Positions 1-11,697 are shown, numbered from the stretch's first letter. The stretch is 64,000 nucleotides of DNA from Alphaproteobacteria bacterium (GCA_964291285.2 OZ219786.1:416001-480000); one strand, 5' to 3'. A program made the numbers and translations. Notes: generated from the sequence alone by a model not told the origin.

Positions 1-1031
1 CGCGGCATCTATCGCGACCCGGTGCGTTCCAGCCATGGCCATTTCGTCAAGACCAGCGGGCTGCGCTGGCTCAGCTTCATGCTGCTTGTCCCGCTGCCCT
101 GGTCGCCGGGCATCAGGGCCCTGCCCTTCCTGACCATCCTGGCCCCGTCCGAACGCTTCGCCGCCAGGCAAGGCCGGCGTCACAAGCAACTCACCGACTG
201 GGCGCGACAGGGCATGCTTCAAATCCTTCGCTGGGTCCCGCAACGCGCGATCGTCTTCGTCGCCGACAGCAGTTTCGGAACCCACGAACTCGCCTGGCGC
301 ATCGGACAGCGCGCAACCCTCATCAGCAGGCTGAGGCTCGATGCCAACCTCTTCGCGCCCCCGCCGCCGCGCGACCCGAACAAACGCGGTCGACCCCGGC
401 AAAAGGGGCCGCCCCTGCCCAAGCTCCAGACCCGCCTTGACGACCCCGATGCCCGCTGGACAAGCATCACGCTTCCGCGCTGGTACGGAAGTTCGAAGGA
501 AAAGACACTCCAGATCATCTCCGATACCGCGCTCTGGTATCGTCCCGGCACACCTCCCAAGGCCATCCGATGGGTGCTGGTGCGAGACCCGGAAGGCGAG
601 CGGGACCCGCAGGCGTTCTTCTGCACCGACACCAACATGGAGCCGGCCAAGATCATCGCCACCTTCGTGCGGCGCTGGCAGGTCGAGGTCACCTTCCAGG
701 AACTGCGCGCCCATCTCGGGCTCGAAACACAACGCCAGTGGTCACACGCGGCGATCGCACGAACCACCCCCGTCCTCTGCGGGCTCTACAGCCTCGTCTG
801 CCTCTGGGCCACAGACGTGCTCTCGACAAACCACCTGTCCTACGCCGCCGCCTGGTACCAGAAAACCAGCGTCACATTCTCCGATGCAATCGCGGCCATA
901 CGATGCCAACTCTGGCTTGGAAACAATTTATCGCGCTCCCCGCCACACCGGGAACCAAACATAATTCCGCCCGACAAGATAAGGCGGATGCAGTACGCCC
1001 TCTGCTTCGCAGCATAATGCACAAAGTCGAG
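1..1031 (+). mobile_element. IS701-like (DDE) insertion sequence, copy 1, left part outside the window
   Basis: Appears identical to 1822-2852. Transposase C-terminal part ends at 1017; right inverted repeat ACAAAGTCGAG at 1021-1031. Confidence 0.85.
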
Positions 1032-1058
1032 CTCAGCTCGACTTTGTACAAAATTACC

Positions 1059-1346
1059 TCACGTCCATGTCCAGAAGATCTCGTTTTTGGCGATTTCGTC
1101 GAGGGCCTGTTCGAGCGGGAGCACGATGCCCCCCATGTCTCCGACGTCCTGCCAGGACTGGCGCCAGGACCAGTAGCGCACCCTCATCTTGTCACCTGAG
1201 CCTTTCGGCTGGAGCCTTGCGATCGGTGCCTGCGTGGCCGTGAGATACAGATTGTAGCCGCCGCGCACCCTGGTGACCGTCACGCCCCCGCCCCTGGATT
1301 TGTTGAACGCTTCGATGCGCGCCAGACAGGGGTCGGATGCGGCCAT
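1059..1346 (-). CDS. IS passenger protein, DUF3024-like, 95 aa
   Basis: MAASDPCLARIEAF...PIARLQP...VRYWSWRQSW...ALDEIAKNEIFWTWT; lies inside the IS IRs, divergent from the transposase. Confidence 0.55.
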   Translation of the reverse strand: MAASDPCLARIEAFNKSRGGGVTVTRVRGGYNLYLTATQAPIARLQPKGSGDKMRVRYWSWRQSWQDVGDMGGIVLPLEQALDEIAKNEIFWTWT

Positions 1347-1431
1347 GAAGCAGTGATATCGGATTGGATGGCTTCTGTCGCTGCAGCGATGCTGATTCAC
1401 CCGGTCGCATGCGGGCGCCCTTGCATGCCGG

Positions 1432-2838
1432 ATGCTTCTGGATTCGAAGGTCGTCATGACACATTTCGACGACCCTTCGAGCGCCATCGGCGATCCGGTT
1501 CCGCCGTTCCTGATCGACTGGCTGGAGCCCTTTCGAGGCGCCTTCTCATCCCCGACCTGGCGGCTGGTGGCGGTTCTGGTCATGGGAGCGTTGCTGGCGC
1601 CGGGCAAGAGAACCGTGTCGGCCTGCCTGCGGGTGACCGGGCGGGCGATGTGCGAGACATTCTCGTCCTACCATCAGGTTCTCAATCGCGCCCGCTGGGA
1701 CCCGCGTGACCTTTCACGCCGGCTCGTGCTCGTGCTGGTGGCGCGGCTTGCCGGGCAGGGACCGATCATCATCGGGCTCGATGACACCATCGAGCGCCGC
1801 TGGGGCGCGCGTATCAAGGCGCGCGGCATCTATCGCGACCCGGTGCGTTCCAGCCATGGCCATTTCGTCAAGACCAGCGGGCTGCGCTGGCTCAGCTTCA
1901 TGCTGCTTGTCCCGCTGCCCTGGTCGCCGGGCATCAGGGCCCTGCCCTTCCTGACCATCCTGGCCCCGTCCGAACGCTTCGCCGCCAGGCAAGGCCGGCG
2001 TCACAAGCAACTCACCGACTGGGCGCGACAGGGCATGCTTCAAATCCTTCGCTGGGTCCCGCAACGCGCGATCGTCTTCGTCGCCGACAGCAGTTTCGGA
2101 ACCCACGAACTCGCCTGGCGCATCGGACAGCGCGCAACCCTCATCAGCAGGCTGAGGCTCGATGCCAACCTCTTCGCGCCCCCGCCGCCGCGCGACCCGA
2201 ACAAACGCGGTCGACCCCGGCAAAAGGGGCCGCCCCTGCCCAAGCTCCAGACCCGCCTTGACGACCCCGATGCCCGCTGGACAAGCATCACGCTTCCGCG
2301 CTGGTACGGAAGTTCGAAGGAAAAGACACTCCAGATCATCTCCGATACCGCGCTCTGGTATCGTCCCGGCACACCTCCCAAGGCCATCCGATGGGTGCTG
2401 GTGCGAGACCCGGAAGGCGAGCGGGACCCGCAGGCGTTCTTCTGCACCGACACCAACATGGAGCCGGCCAAGATCATCGCCACCTTCGTGCGGCGCTGGC
2501 AGGTCGAGGTCACCTTCCAGGAACTGCGCGCCCATCTCGGGCTCGAAACACAACGCCAGTGGTCACACGCGGCGATCGCACGAACCACCCCCGTCCTCTG
2601 CGGGCTCTACAGCCTCGTCTGCCTCTGGGCCACAGACGTGCTCTCGACAAACCACCTGTCCTACGCCGCCGCCTGGTACCAGAAAACCAGCGTCACATTC
2701 TCCGATGCAATCGCGGCCATACGATGCCAACTCTGGCTTGGAAACAATTTATCGCGCTCCCCGCCACACCGGGAACCAAACATAATTCCGCCCGACAAGA
2801 TAAGGCGGATGCAGTACGCCCTCTGCTTCGCAGCATAA
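1432..2838 (+). CDS. DDE transposase (IS701-like)
   Basis: IIGLDDT, VADSSFG and RRWQVEVTFQE motifs supply the D-D-E triad. Confidence 0.85.
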   Translation: MLLDSKVVMTHFDDPSSAIGDPVPPFLIDWLEPFRGAFSSPTWRLVAVLVMGALLAPGKRTVSACLRVTGRAMCETFSSYHQVLNRARWDPRDLSRRLVLVLVARLAGQGPIIIGLDDTIERRWGARIKARGIYRDPVRSSHGHFVKTSGLRWLSFMLLVPLPWSPGIRALPFLTILAPSERFAARQGRRHKQLTDWARQGMLQILRWVPQRAIVFVADSSFGTHELAWRIGQRATLISRLRLDANLFAPPPPRDPNKRGRPRQKGPPLPKLQTRLDDPDARWTSITLPRWYGSSKEKTLQIISDTALWYRPGTPPKAIRWVLVRDPEGERDPQAFFCTDTNMEPAKIIATFVRRWQVEVTFQELRAHLGLETQRQWSHAAIARTTPVLCGLYSLVCLWATDVLSTNHLSYAAAWYQKTSVTFSDAIAAIRCQLWLGNNLSRSPPHREPNIIPPDKIRRMQYALCFAA

Positions 2839-2857
2839 TGCACAAAGTCGAGCTCAG

Positions 2858-4672
2858 AACCAAGTAAGCGGAGTTCTTGTTCCGTGCGGCGTTCAACTCG
2901 CCGCGCATGACGGGTGTCCACTCGGCTCCGTGAACTATCAGCGCCCGTATCGTCTCGGGCCAGTAGTCGGGGAACCGTGCCATAAGTCGTACAGCGATCC
3001 GCGCCGCCTGAGCCGTCGCCGCGCTCGTTGCTCGAAACGAGACGAGGGGGTCGCGGTCGGTGTTCGGCCCTGTCGACAGAAGTGCGAGCGAATCCGCGTC
3101 ATAGGCATCCGTCCTCGCCGGGGAGACGACGCGATTGCCCGCTTCCATGACGATGTCCGGCTTGAACGGAGATTTCCCTTGGGTCCAAAGAACCGATGTT
3201 CGAGAATAGGGACTGAGCGCACCGGCCCTCGCGTAGGGCGAAAACCCCGCAAACTCCGGTTCCTGGATATTGATCCGATCTGTGTATCCCCCGACCGTGA
3301 GGGCATTCCATGCTTGGCCCGGGTCTTCTATTTCGAGTGCGTTCGGATCTACGATTTGCTCGACTTCGATCGGGTTGGGAGCGTTTCCTGCCGAGACCAC
3401 GAACAATCTTCGAGGTGCCCGCTCTCCAGTTTCAGTGACACCTGCCGCCTCCTGGTCGATCGCCGAGCTCCAGGTGGTCGGTCGTATCCCGCTGCGGTCC
3501 TCATTCGTGACCGCAAGACAAAACACCCTGAGGCGCTCCGGACGTTCCGTCTCCGGCAATGCCACGCCCTGCTTCATGACGGCTCCGTAGAACCGTTCTT
3601 CGGTTGACTCGAAACCGTCCGGCGGAAGAATCTTCACCGATTCGAGCCGGTGGTTCAGGGGTGCGGCCTCTTCATCCGCAAGGCGAGCTGTCAGATCGCC
3701 GAACAGAGCGAGCCCCGCCATGCCCGTACCGTGGCCATGGGGCGAATCCGCGACGCCCCAGTCGGGCCGTACTGCCGTCATATCGCTTTCAATCAGAGTC
3801 GGCTCGATCAGGATGTGTGCTCGGTTGACACCCGTATCTAGAAGGCACACGGCCGGAACATCTGCCCCAGGCCATTCGGTTCTCTCGGCCAAGTGCTCTG
3901 CCACCACTCGCTGCTCGTCACGATCAATATCGTCGAGAAAGAACGCCGGGCTGTCGCTCGCCCGGCGAAGCTCGACAATCGACAGTCGCGCGAACAGCAT
4001 CAGCTCGATCGTCGCCCTGTCGGCCAGCACCGGAAGGACGACATGCTCGGGAAAGTACAGGCGCTGTTCTGCGTCCGCGACCCGCGCCCCGAGCCGATTG
4101 GCCAGTTGCTCGAATTCGTCCTTCAGATCACGAACGCACCAGACTTCCCACCACATTTCCTGACCTGGTGGCGGAAGCCTCTCGGGATCATCAGTCCAGA
4201 ACGTCTCTAGTCGCGCCTGGCGGATCGACTCGATAGCTTCGACGAAGTTCTTACGCGGCGGTCTTCCTCTCTCCGAGAGTTCCCCCTTTTGGTATTCGCG
4301 CAGAATGGTCTCGAAGACCTCGCGAGCCTCATCGGGAACGTACAGCCCGACAATGCGACGATCGCCTACGTCAAGACGGGCCGCACCGGGCCGGATCCCA
4401 TCTCTCTTTCGTTCGACAACCTCGACACCCGCCCCACGCTTCAGCGCCAGCTCCAGAAACGTGCCCTCGGGTGGTCCGATTCGAGGATCTTCACGCCTCT
4501 CAGCATTGAAGGCACGATAAGCCGCAGCAAGCTCTCCCTGCAGTTTTTCACCGTGTTCCTCGCGGATTCGCGGCGTTCCGGCCCCTCCCTGATTCTGGGC
4601 GGTAGATGTAAACGGCGTCGCCTGGACGCGCCGCGACAAGTCGATATGGGGCAGGTCGTATGGAGGCGCCAT
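2858..4672 (-). pseudogene. S8 subtilisin-like peptidase (IetS-like), C-terminus cut by the IS
   Basis: Triad motifs CLLDTG, HGHGTGMAG and ATSAAT, plus VVSAGN and KPDIV. The frame runs into the IS end right after TIRALIVHGAEW...YLVL. Confidence 0.85.
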
Positions 4673-4675
4673 TCG

Positions 4676-5680
4676 TTAGCGGGACACTTGCGCACCGATG
4701 AAGGCCTGGCGCATCTCCCGTCGTTCATCGAGGGCAGCTACAAGGTCTCGTGTCGTCAGTTTGTCGCGCTCGTCGAGTATCGCAGTCTTCACCGCTTTCT
4801 CCGTCGCCCCGGCCAGCTCCGACTGGCTCAGATCGCGGCCTGCCGCGACGATCTGCTTCCACGCCAGCCTCGGATACTTCATAGGCCGAAGGTAGGACTT
4901 GACGATACTGCGGATCTGCTCGTCGGTCGGCATCTCGAACTGCACGACAAGGTCGAAACGCCTGAGAAGCGCACGATCCAGCAGATCCGGATGGTTGGTC
5001 GCAGCCGCGACGAGGCTGTCTGTAGCGTTCGGCTCCTCCATGAATTGCAGAAACGAATTGAGCACCCTGCGCATCTCTGCGACATCGTTCGACGCGCTGC
5101 GATGACTACCGACGGCGTCGAATTCGTCAAAGAGGTAGACACCGCGGCGCTTCGCCGTCTCATCGAAGACCAGACGCAGCTTCGCGGCCGTTTCGCCCAT
5201 GAACCGAGTAATCAGCGCTTCGAGCCGAATGACCAGCAGCGGCAGCTTCAACGCCCCGGCTAGCGCTTCCGCAGTCATCGTCTTGCCCGATCCCGGCGGT
5301 CCGAGGAACAAGACCCGTCGGCTTGGCGTTCGACCATGTTCTCGAAGCCAATCCCTGCGCGTCTGCTCGCGAATCAGGCTCTTGATCTGCACGCAAGGCT
5401 GTTCGTTCAGGACAACATCATCGAGCCGATGAGAGTGGTTGCGCAATTCCATCAGGTCCGCAAGGTCCCCGCGAGGAACCGCGAACGGCACAGCTACCGT
5501 TTGACCCCGACCGCTGCCCCCACGCGCCTCATCAACCGCCTCCCGAATCCCTTCGGCGACGCGTCGATGGCCTTGCCGCGCCTCGGCGGCGGCTATCTGC
5601 AGGGCGATCGTGAAGAATTGCTCATCGTCGCCGGCGGCTCTGCTGCGCAGCATCGCAAGGATTTGTCTGGCGTTGGACAC
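4676..5680 (-). CDS. AAA+ ATPase (IetA-like) paired with the S8 peptidase
   Basis: GPPGSGKT, LFDEFD, ATNHPDLLDRALLRRFD; GTG start at 5680; 3 bp upstream of the S8 gene. Confidence 0.88.
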   Translation of the reverse strand: MSNARQILAMLRSRAAGDDEQFFTIALQIAAAEARQGHRRVAEGIREAVDEARGGSGRGQTVAVPFAVPRGDLADLMELRNHSHRLDDVVLNEQPCVQIKSLIREQTRRDWLREHGRTPSRRVLFLGPPGSGKTMTAEALAGALKLPLLVIRLEALITRFMGETAAKLRLVFDETAKRRGVYLFDEFDAVGSHRSASNDVAEMRRVLNSFLQFMEEPNATDSLVAAATNHPDLLDRALLRRFDLVVQFEMPTDEQIRSIVKSYLRPMKYPRLAWKQIVAAGRDLSQSELAGATEKAVKTAILDERDKLTTRDLVAALDERREMRQAFIGAQVSR

Positions 5681-6030
5681 GGCGTAGATACGAGTCTCTA
5701 TCTCTGGATTGCGCTGGTGATTCACGATACCGACCGCCGTTCCAAGCGACAACGCGGAAAATCAGTCGCTGCCGGTCGATCACGCGACGTCATCGGGGCA
5801 TCAAACATCCCCGTTGCCGCCGGCTGCGCGTCGCCGAACACTGGTTCGACACCACGGGCCGCGTCCGCCCACGGTAGAACTCTGGCACGTCATAGAGCTG
5901 TACGAGGGCCCGCGCGAGTCGATGGGAAGGTCCTGATAGGCGAGCTTCGGAGGGTGTTAGCGACGGTTACAGAGCGCGCCTGTTCGCTGACGTTTTTCGG
6001 CCGGTTGCGGTTTTTCAGTTGATTTGTCGG

Positions 6031-6737
6031 TCATCGGTTTCGAGTGGTTCGCCGTCTCGGTCGCGGATGAGCATGTCGTTCCAGTCCCGATTGTCGAGTG
6101 CGGGTCGCAGCCGGACGATCCGTGTGTGTGTCCTTGCGGGCGAGGCGCCTTGCGGCGTGATCGCCGTTTGTGGTGGCGTCGTATGCACAGAAGATGAGGC
6201 GCGGGTTCCATGCCTCGATCCATTTGGGGACTTTGGTGGCGACGGCGCCGGTGGAGACGGTGGCGCATTCGGTGCGTTTTACCGGGCCGAGGTGGAGGGA
6301 GAGGATGGAGAGGGCGTCGAGGGCGTTGCCGGCCAGGATGACGGCGTGTGGCCATTCGGTCTCCCAGGACATCCGGAAGCCGCCGCCGCGGTCGGCTCGC
6401 GGGCTGCGGCGGAGACGGTTTCGATGCCGGTCGTCTCGCCGGCAGCGTTTCGGCGGAGGAACACGGGGTTGCCGTGCCGGTCGGGGTGGACGAGGCCGAG
6501 GTCGCGGCACAGCGCGACGAGGGCGTCGCCGAGGCCGCGCCGCTCGACGAGGTATCGGCGCAGCGGGGTCCAGCGGGGGTCCTTGGCCGGCGCCTGCCGG
6601 CGGCCGCCTGGGGGCATTGAGAGGTCGGACAGTTCGGCGAGGAAGTCGATGGCGTCCGGCGGGGTGCATCCGAGCGCATGGACCGCCAGTTCGATAGCCC
6701 CGGCTCCCTCCTCTGCGCGCAGATGGTCGTAGAACAT
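6031..6737 (-). pseudogene. DUF3991/toprim-like gene fragment, frameshifted
   Basis: [10 protein letters not shown]...[21 protein letters not shown] in one frame; NALDALS...IFCAYD...GDHAARRL in another. Confidence 0.55.
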
Positions 6738-6759
6738 GAAGCGGTTGCCCGCGCAAGCT

Positions 6760-7605
6760 GCGGGCGTGACGCTTGCGCCTGACCAGCTCCTCGATGTGTT
6801 CGGGGTTCTCGATGCGGGCCGCCTTGTCGAAGCTGCGCGGATGGCGGGCGATGACCTCCATGCCGTCGAGGATGCGCACCTCTTCCAGCGTCGCGGCCAC
6901 GGTGAGGGTACGCCGCACATGGGTATGCGGGACGCTGTGCGGGACGCTGTACTCATTTTTGTCGAAGCGGGCGTAGGGGGTCTTGGCGATCCTGACCTCG
7001 CCCCTCTCGTCGACGGGGAAGCGGTCGTCGGGCAGCGCCATCAGGGAGCCGCGCTCGCGCTCGAAGGCCTCGCTCACGGTGAGGGAGCGGTCGTCCGGCC
7101 AGGGGCGGTCGGCGGCGACGCCCTCGCACCACTCCCGGGCCTGGGCGTTGAGATCGTCGAGGTCACGCCAGGCGCGGGCGGCGAAGAAGCTGTCGCGCAC
7201 ATAGCGTATGGCGCGCTCGACGCGCCCTTTTTCGTTGCCTCGGGCGACCGCGACCGGCTTCGGCAGGAAGCGGTAGGCGCCTGCGAAGTCGAGAAGCCGG
7301 GGATTGAAGCGGATGGCGTCGCCGCGCCGCTCCAGCACGACGCTCTTCAAATTGTCGTACCAGAGCTCGGGGAGCACGCCCTGCCAGGCCTCGAAGGCCT
7401 CGACATGGCCGCGCAGGAAGTTGTCCGTCCCGGCGTTGAGGTGGAAGCGCAGAAAGAGGCGGCGCGAGTGGCCGAGCACCATCACGAAGGCCATCAGCGG
7501 GCGCTCCGCACGCCCGATCCTCACCTTGCCGAAGTGGACCCGGTCGACCTGGGCCTGCTCGCCGGGCAGAGCCTTGAGGCGCAGACAGGCCTCGGCCACC
7601 GGGCC
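6760..7605 (-). pseudogene. istA: IS21 transposase IstA core, deleted at both ends; istB absent
   Basis: [30 protein letters not shown] motifs. Confidence 0.85.
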
Positions 7606-7624
7606 CGGCCGCTGCAGTTCCGCG

Positions 7625-7866
7625 AACAGTAGATGTTGCCGTGGTCGCAGCGCCGGCAAAGAACCACCTGGCGACCGCACGAGGCACAGTTGAACAGGCG
7701 GGCAGCGTTCCTCATCGCGACCGATGAGAACGGGCTGGACCCCCGCAAAAACCCGCACGATACTGTGCATACGGGCCATGCCCCGCATGGCTCGGGGGAT
7801 GCGGCGCCGGTCGTTGCCTCCTAGCAAACGGGGCCGGCGCCGCATCGTTCTCACCGGACCGAGTCT
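7625..7866 (-). repeat. Diverged duplicate (copy at about 9843-10087) encoding a Cys-rich ORF fragment upstream of istA
   Basis: Both copies read [30 protein letters not shown]. Confidence 0.7.
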
Positions 7867-8069
7867 ACTCCCGCCGATCCCGCTGTCAGGGTCGAGTGAC
7901 CGTCAAAGGCGTGCCGCACGCCCGCTATGGATAACCAGCCCGCCGCCGCCAGACTCCTCGACGGTCGCTGCGGCGGGCTGGTTACCCACAGCTCCGCCGA
8001 AGAATGCCTCCAACAACAGACCGCTGGATACGGCGGTGACGTCATCACCTGCCGACTTCAGCAAATAAA

Positions 8070-9765
8070 CCTAAATCCGGCAGTTGACGAGCTTGATCGC
8101 TGTCTCGGGGTAGTGTGAACGGTCGGATTTGGGCGTGGATTTCAGCACGTGGTCGCGGCCCTGGGTGGCGGCAGCCAGGGTTGACGCCCCGGTTCGCGGC
8201 CATGGAGGTATTTCCTGAGCGCCTCGGCGAGGATGCGGCGCCAGCGATCCCCGGCGCTCAACTGCTCCGCAGTTTGCGTCAGCGACCGGAAGAAGCCGGC
8301 GATCCGGCGCAGCGCCGCCATCACCGTCTTGCGACGCCCGTGATGGGAGGTCACCGTCAGCCGGGTCTGGCCGGCGTGGTGGGTCTGACGGGCAACCCCG
8401 TGCAGGAGCAGCGGCCGGCTGGTGATCGCCTCGCGGTGATGGTCGGGGTCGGCGAGGCGCACGAACAGGCTCCACCAGTTGTAGATGAGCGCGACCAGCC
8501 GGGCCATGTGCCGGCAGCGCGTCAGGTCGCGCGTGGTGAAGCCGCCCCAACCCCACTGGTTCTTCAACTCGTCGAAGCCGTTCTCCGCGTCCGCCCGGTC
8601 GCGGTAGAGCTGGGCCAGCGAGCGTATCTCCAGGTCCAGCGAGGTCGCCAGCACCGCGAACTCCCATACCCCGGTGCCGGGCTGCGCCTCGGTCCAGAAC
8701 AGCTCGCCCCGGGCCTTGTCGCCACGCGTCAGCGCCAGCGTCGCAGGAAGCCGCCGACGCAGCACCACAACCCGGCGCGTCCGGCTCCAGCCCTGCAGAC
8801 GCAGATCGGCCCCGATCCCCGACCAGCCCTGGCCCGCATCCTCCCAGCCGTCCCGCGCCATCAGCCGCTCGGCAAGCCGGCGCGCCCCCTTCGTCAGGCG
8901 CAGCTTGAACAGATAGTCCGGACCCGCAGCCTCGCACGACGCCATGTTGGCCTCGCTGCCCCAGTCCTTGTCGCCCCGCACCAGACGCGGCCAGCGATCC
9001 CGCCCAAGACGGTCGAGCAACGCCCACAAGGACGGCGCCGCGCGCCTCGAATGGTGATGGTTGCCCGGCGCCACCTCGACATCCAGAACAAGCCGCGTGC
9101 CCGCCATCAGGAACGCATGGCAGGTATGCGAGGGGCGGCCCGGCTTCTTCGGGTTGTAGCTCACAACCGCTCCCTCCTGACGACCGTAAAGCGCCTTGAT
9201 CGTCGTGTCGCAGTCCAGAACCCACGGCTCCCTCAGCAGCGGACGGACCACCTCGTCCAGATGGCCCTGAAGCCACGATGTGCCGACATCCGCACCGATC
9301 CGCTCCAGACCGCGCCGCACCGAATCCTCGCTCGCAACCTTGTCCATACCCAGCAGCGCAGGGTTCACCCCGTCGCCGCGCAGCGACGTGATGTGCGCAT
9401 AGCGAGACTGCCCCGCCAGAACCGACAGAAGAACCGTCCCCGGGACATCCCGCTTCGACGGCGCGTTCGGGCTCGTGTACCGCAGCGGGCAGTCCGCAAC
9501 CAAAGCGTCAAAGCGACCGCTCACCTTCAGCTATTCCGCGAAAAACGCCAGATGGCCCAGCGGCGTCACCGCCGCATCAGGGTCCCATTCCACATGAACC
9601 GCGCCGCCGAAGGTGTCCACCTTCACGAACGCTCGGGCGACATCCCGCACAGCGCCAGGACAGTCACCCACAGGGTGAGCCTCTTCGGCCCTTGAAAAGC
9701 CGCTCATACCCGAAGACTACAAGGGATTCGGCAAGGCCCCGCCATACTCAACTGCCGGATTTAGG
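8070..9765 (-). mobile_element. IS1380-family element
   Basis: IRs CCTAAATCCGGCAGTTGA / TCAACTGCCGGATTTAGG; 5-bp target duplication ATAAA. Confidence 0.9.
8142..9707 (-). pseudogene. IS1380 transposase with in-frame TAG at 9531-9533
   Basis: MSGFSRAEEAHPVG...VEWDPDAAVTPLGHLAFFAE*LKVSG; WVLDCDTTIK, LVRGD, YRDRADAENGFDELKNQWG. Confidence 0.8.
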
Positions 9766-10308
9766 ATAAATGCAGTTCCTCACCGTCAACTACATGCGTC
9801 ACTTTCTGCGCACGGCGCCCCTCCTCAGGCGCACGGACGCGAGCAGTAGATGTTGCCGTGGTCGCACCGCCGGCACAGCACAACCTGGCGATGGCACGAA
9901 GCGCAGGTGAACAGGCGGGCGGCGTTCCTCATCGCAAAGACCGATGAGAACGGGGTGGACCCACGCCCGAACGCCTACGATACTGCGCATACGGGCCGCG
10001 CCTTGCATGGCTCGGGGGGTGCGGCGCCGGTCGTTGCCACCAAGCAAACCGGGCCGGCGCCGCATCGTTCTCAGCAGCCCGAGTCTAACCCCTGTCGCAG
10101 CCCGGGGACCCCCGCCGACAGCGCCAGGACACCCTCCCCTCGGCAGGCGAAAATATCAACGCGACGGGGGCCGGCGACTCCAGTCGGGCTACGCCCTCCT
10201 TCCGTCCCCGGCCCCCGTCACAAATGCCGCGGCGCCACCATCACAATCGGCGCCGCGCTCCACAAAAACGCACGGCGCCATCAAATATGCGCTCTGTAAC
10301 CGGCGCTA

Positions 10309-11534
10309 ATACCAACCGCAAGTCATATAGACCGATGCATTGGGTCGTGGGGATCGTCACGATGGTGCGACGGCCCAGCTTCGCCGGGTTGTTTTGGTGA
10401 TGATGTCGGGTTGCTCGATGAGCCATTGCCATGCCGTCCGGCAGGCTTCTCTCAGGGCGGCGACATCCGTGAACACACGGTTGGCGAAGCGGTTCGATTT
10501 CAGGACCAGTATGATCTGCTCCATGGGATTGAGTTCCGGACTGTATGGCGGCAGATGCAGGAGCGTCAGATTGGGGGGGACGAGAAGGTCGCCCGAGCGA
10601 TGCCAGCCTGCCCCGTCCAGTATGACCACGCCGTGCGCACCCGGCGCCACGGCCGCGCCGATCGCCGCCAGATGCTCGTTCATCGCCGCCGTGTTCGCCC
10701 TGTCCGCCACATGGGCGATGCCGACGCCGCGCTGTGCGCAGGTGGCGCCGAACAGATAGACATAGCCATAGCGATGGTCGCGCACGATGCGCGGACGTTG
10801 CCTCCCGCGCGCCCAGACGCGCGTCGTCATCCCTTTCTGGCCGATGCGCGCCTCGTCCTGGAACCAGATTTCGATCGGGCCCGCCAGCGCCTCGGAACTG
10901 AGCATCGACGTCACCCTTGCCTCGAAGTCCGCCACGAACGCCCCCTGCCGCTCCGCGTCGGCCCTGGGGTGGACCGGCCGTCCCGAGACAAAACGAAACC
11001 CGGCCCTTCGGAGCATCATACGGGCGCCGCTCTCCGTATAAATGACCCCGAAGGCCTCCTCGATTTTCCGTATGATGTCCTGAACCCGCCAGCGCGTGAC
11101 ACCGTCCCGCTCAAGATCGGGACCCGCCTCGACCCACAACCCGATCTCGGCAATCCGAGCCTCCGTCAACCGACCATCGCTGCCCCCGCGAGGACGATCC
11201 GCAAGCCCCTCGAACCCCTCCGCATTGTAGCGCAGCACCCAGTCGCGCAGAACTTGAAGCTCCATGCCCTGCGCCCGCGCCGCCTCCGTGCGCGACGCCC
11301 CATCCATGATCATCGCGATCGCACGAGCCCGACAGGCTTGCTTCGCCTCACCGCAGCGCTTCGCCAGATCATGGAGATCGTCCGATCCATGCTCCGTCCA
11401 GGTTATCGGCGTCGCCGCACCCATCATCATCCTCCAACCCCAAGACTGCCTGACATCACTCTATCAACGTTGTCCGGCACCTCACCTCAACACAACATGT
11501 TGGAACAATGAGTCAATTCGAACCGCGCTTGGTA
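10309..11534 (-). mobile_element. IS630-family element inserted at TA
   Basis: TA|ATACCAACCGC...GCGCTTGGTA|TA. Confidence 0.88.
10357..11430 (-). CDS. IS630 transposase
   Basis: N-terminal HTH, WFQDEARIG, ILDGAGWH, LPPYSPELNPME. Confidence 0.92.
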   Translation of the reverse strand: MMMGAATPITWTEHGSDDLHDLAKRCGEAKQACRARAIAMIMDGASRTEAARAQGMELQVLRDWVLRYNAEGFEGLADRPRGGSDGRLTEARIAEIGLWVEAGPDLERDGVTRWRVQDIIRKIEEAFGVIYTESGARMMLRRAGFRFVSGRPVHPRADAERQGAFVADFEARVTSMLSSEALAGPIEIWFQDEARIGQKGMTTRVWARGRQRPRIVRDHRYGYVYLFGATCAQRGVGIAHVADRANTAAMNEHLAAIGAAVAPGAHGVVILDGAGWHRSGDLLVPPNLTLLHLPPYSPELNPMEQIILVLKSNRFANRVFTDVAALREACRTAWQWLIEQPDIITKTTRRSWAVAPS

Positions 11535-11697
11535 TAACACTCCTGTCCGCTGCATGGTCGTCCTGCCGGCGTCTCCATCCACGCGCCTCCCACCGGCAGG
11601 AGGCGAGGTCTGGCCGTGAGTGGGGCGGCGGTCGGCGCTCCGGAGGGAGAGTAGCGCTGCCGCCGTTCCCGTTCACCTGTCGAAGGAGCACGGCACG

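Larger units (their letters stand above)
1037..2852 (+). mobile_element. IS701-like insertion sequence, copy 2 (complete)
   Basis: Terminal IRs CTCGACTTTGT (1037) and ACAAAGTCGAG (2842-2852), flanked by CTCAG on both sides (1032-1036, 2853-2857). Confidence 0.85.
5955..11539 (-). mobile_element. IS21-family derived relic with nested IS1380 and IS630
   Basis: End TGTTAGCGACGGTTACAGAGCGC at 5955. The inverted end GCGCTCTGTAACCGGCGCTA/ACA is split by IS630 (10289-10308 and 11535-11539). An istA core lies inside. Confidence 0.7.
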
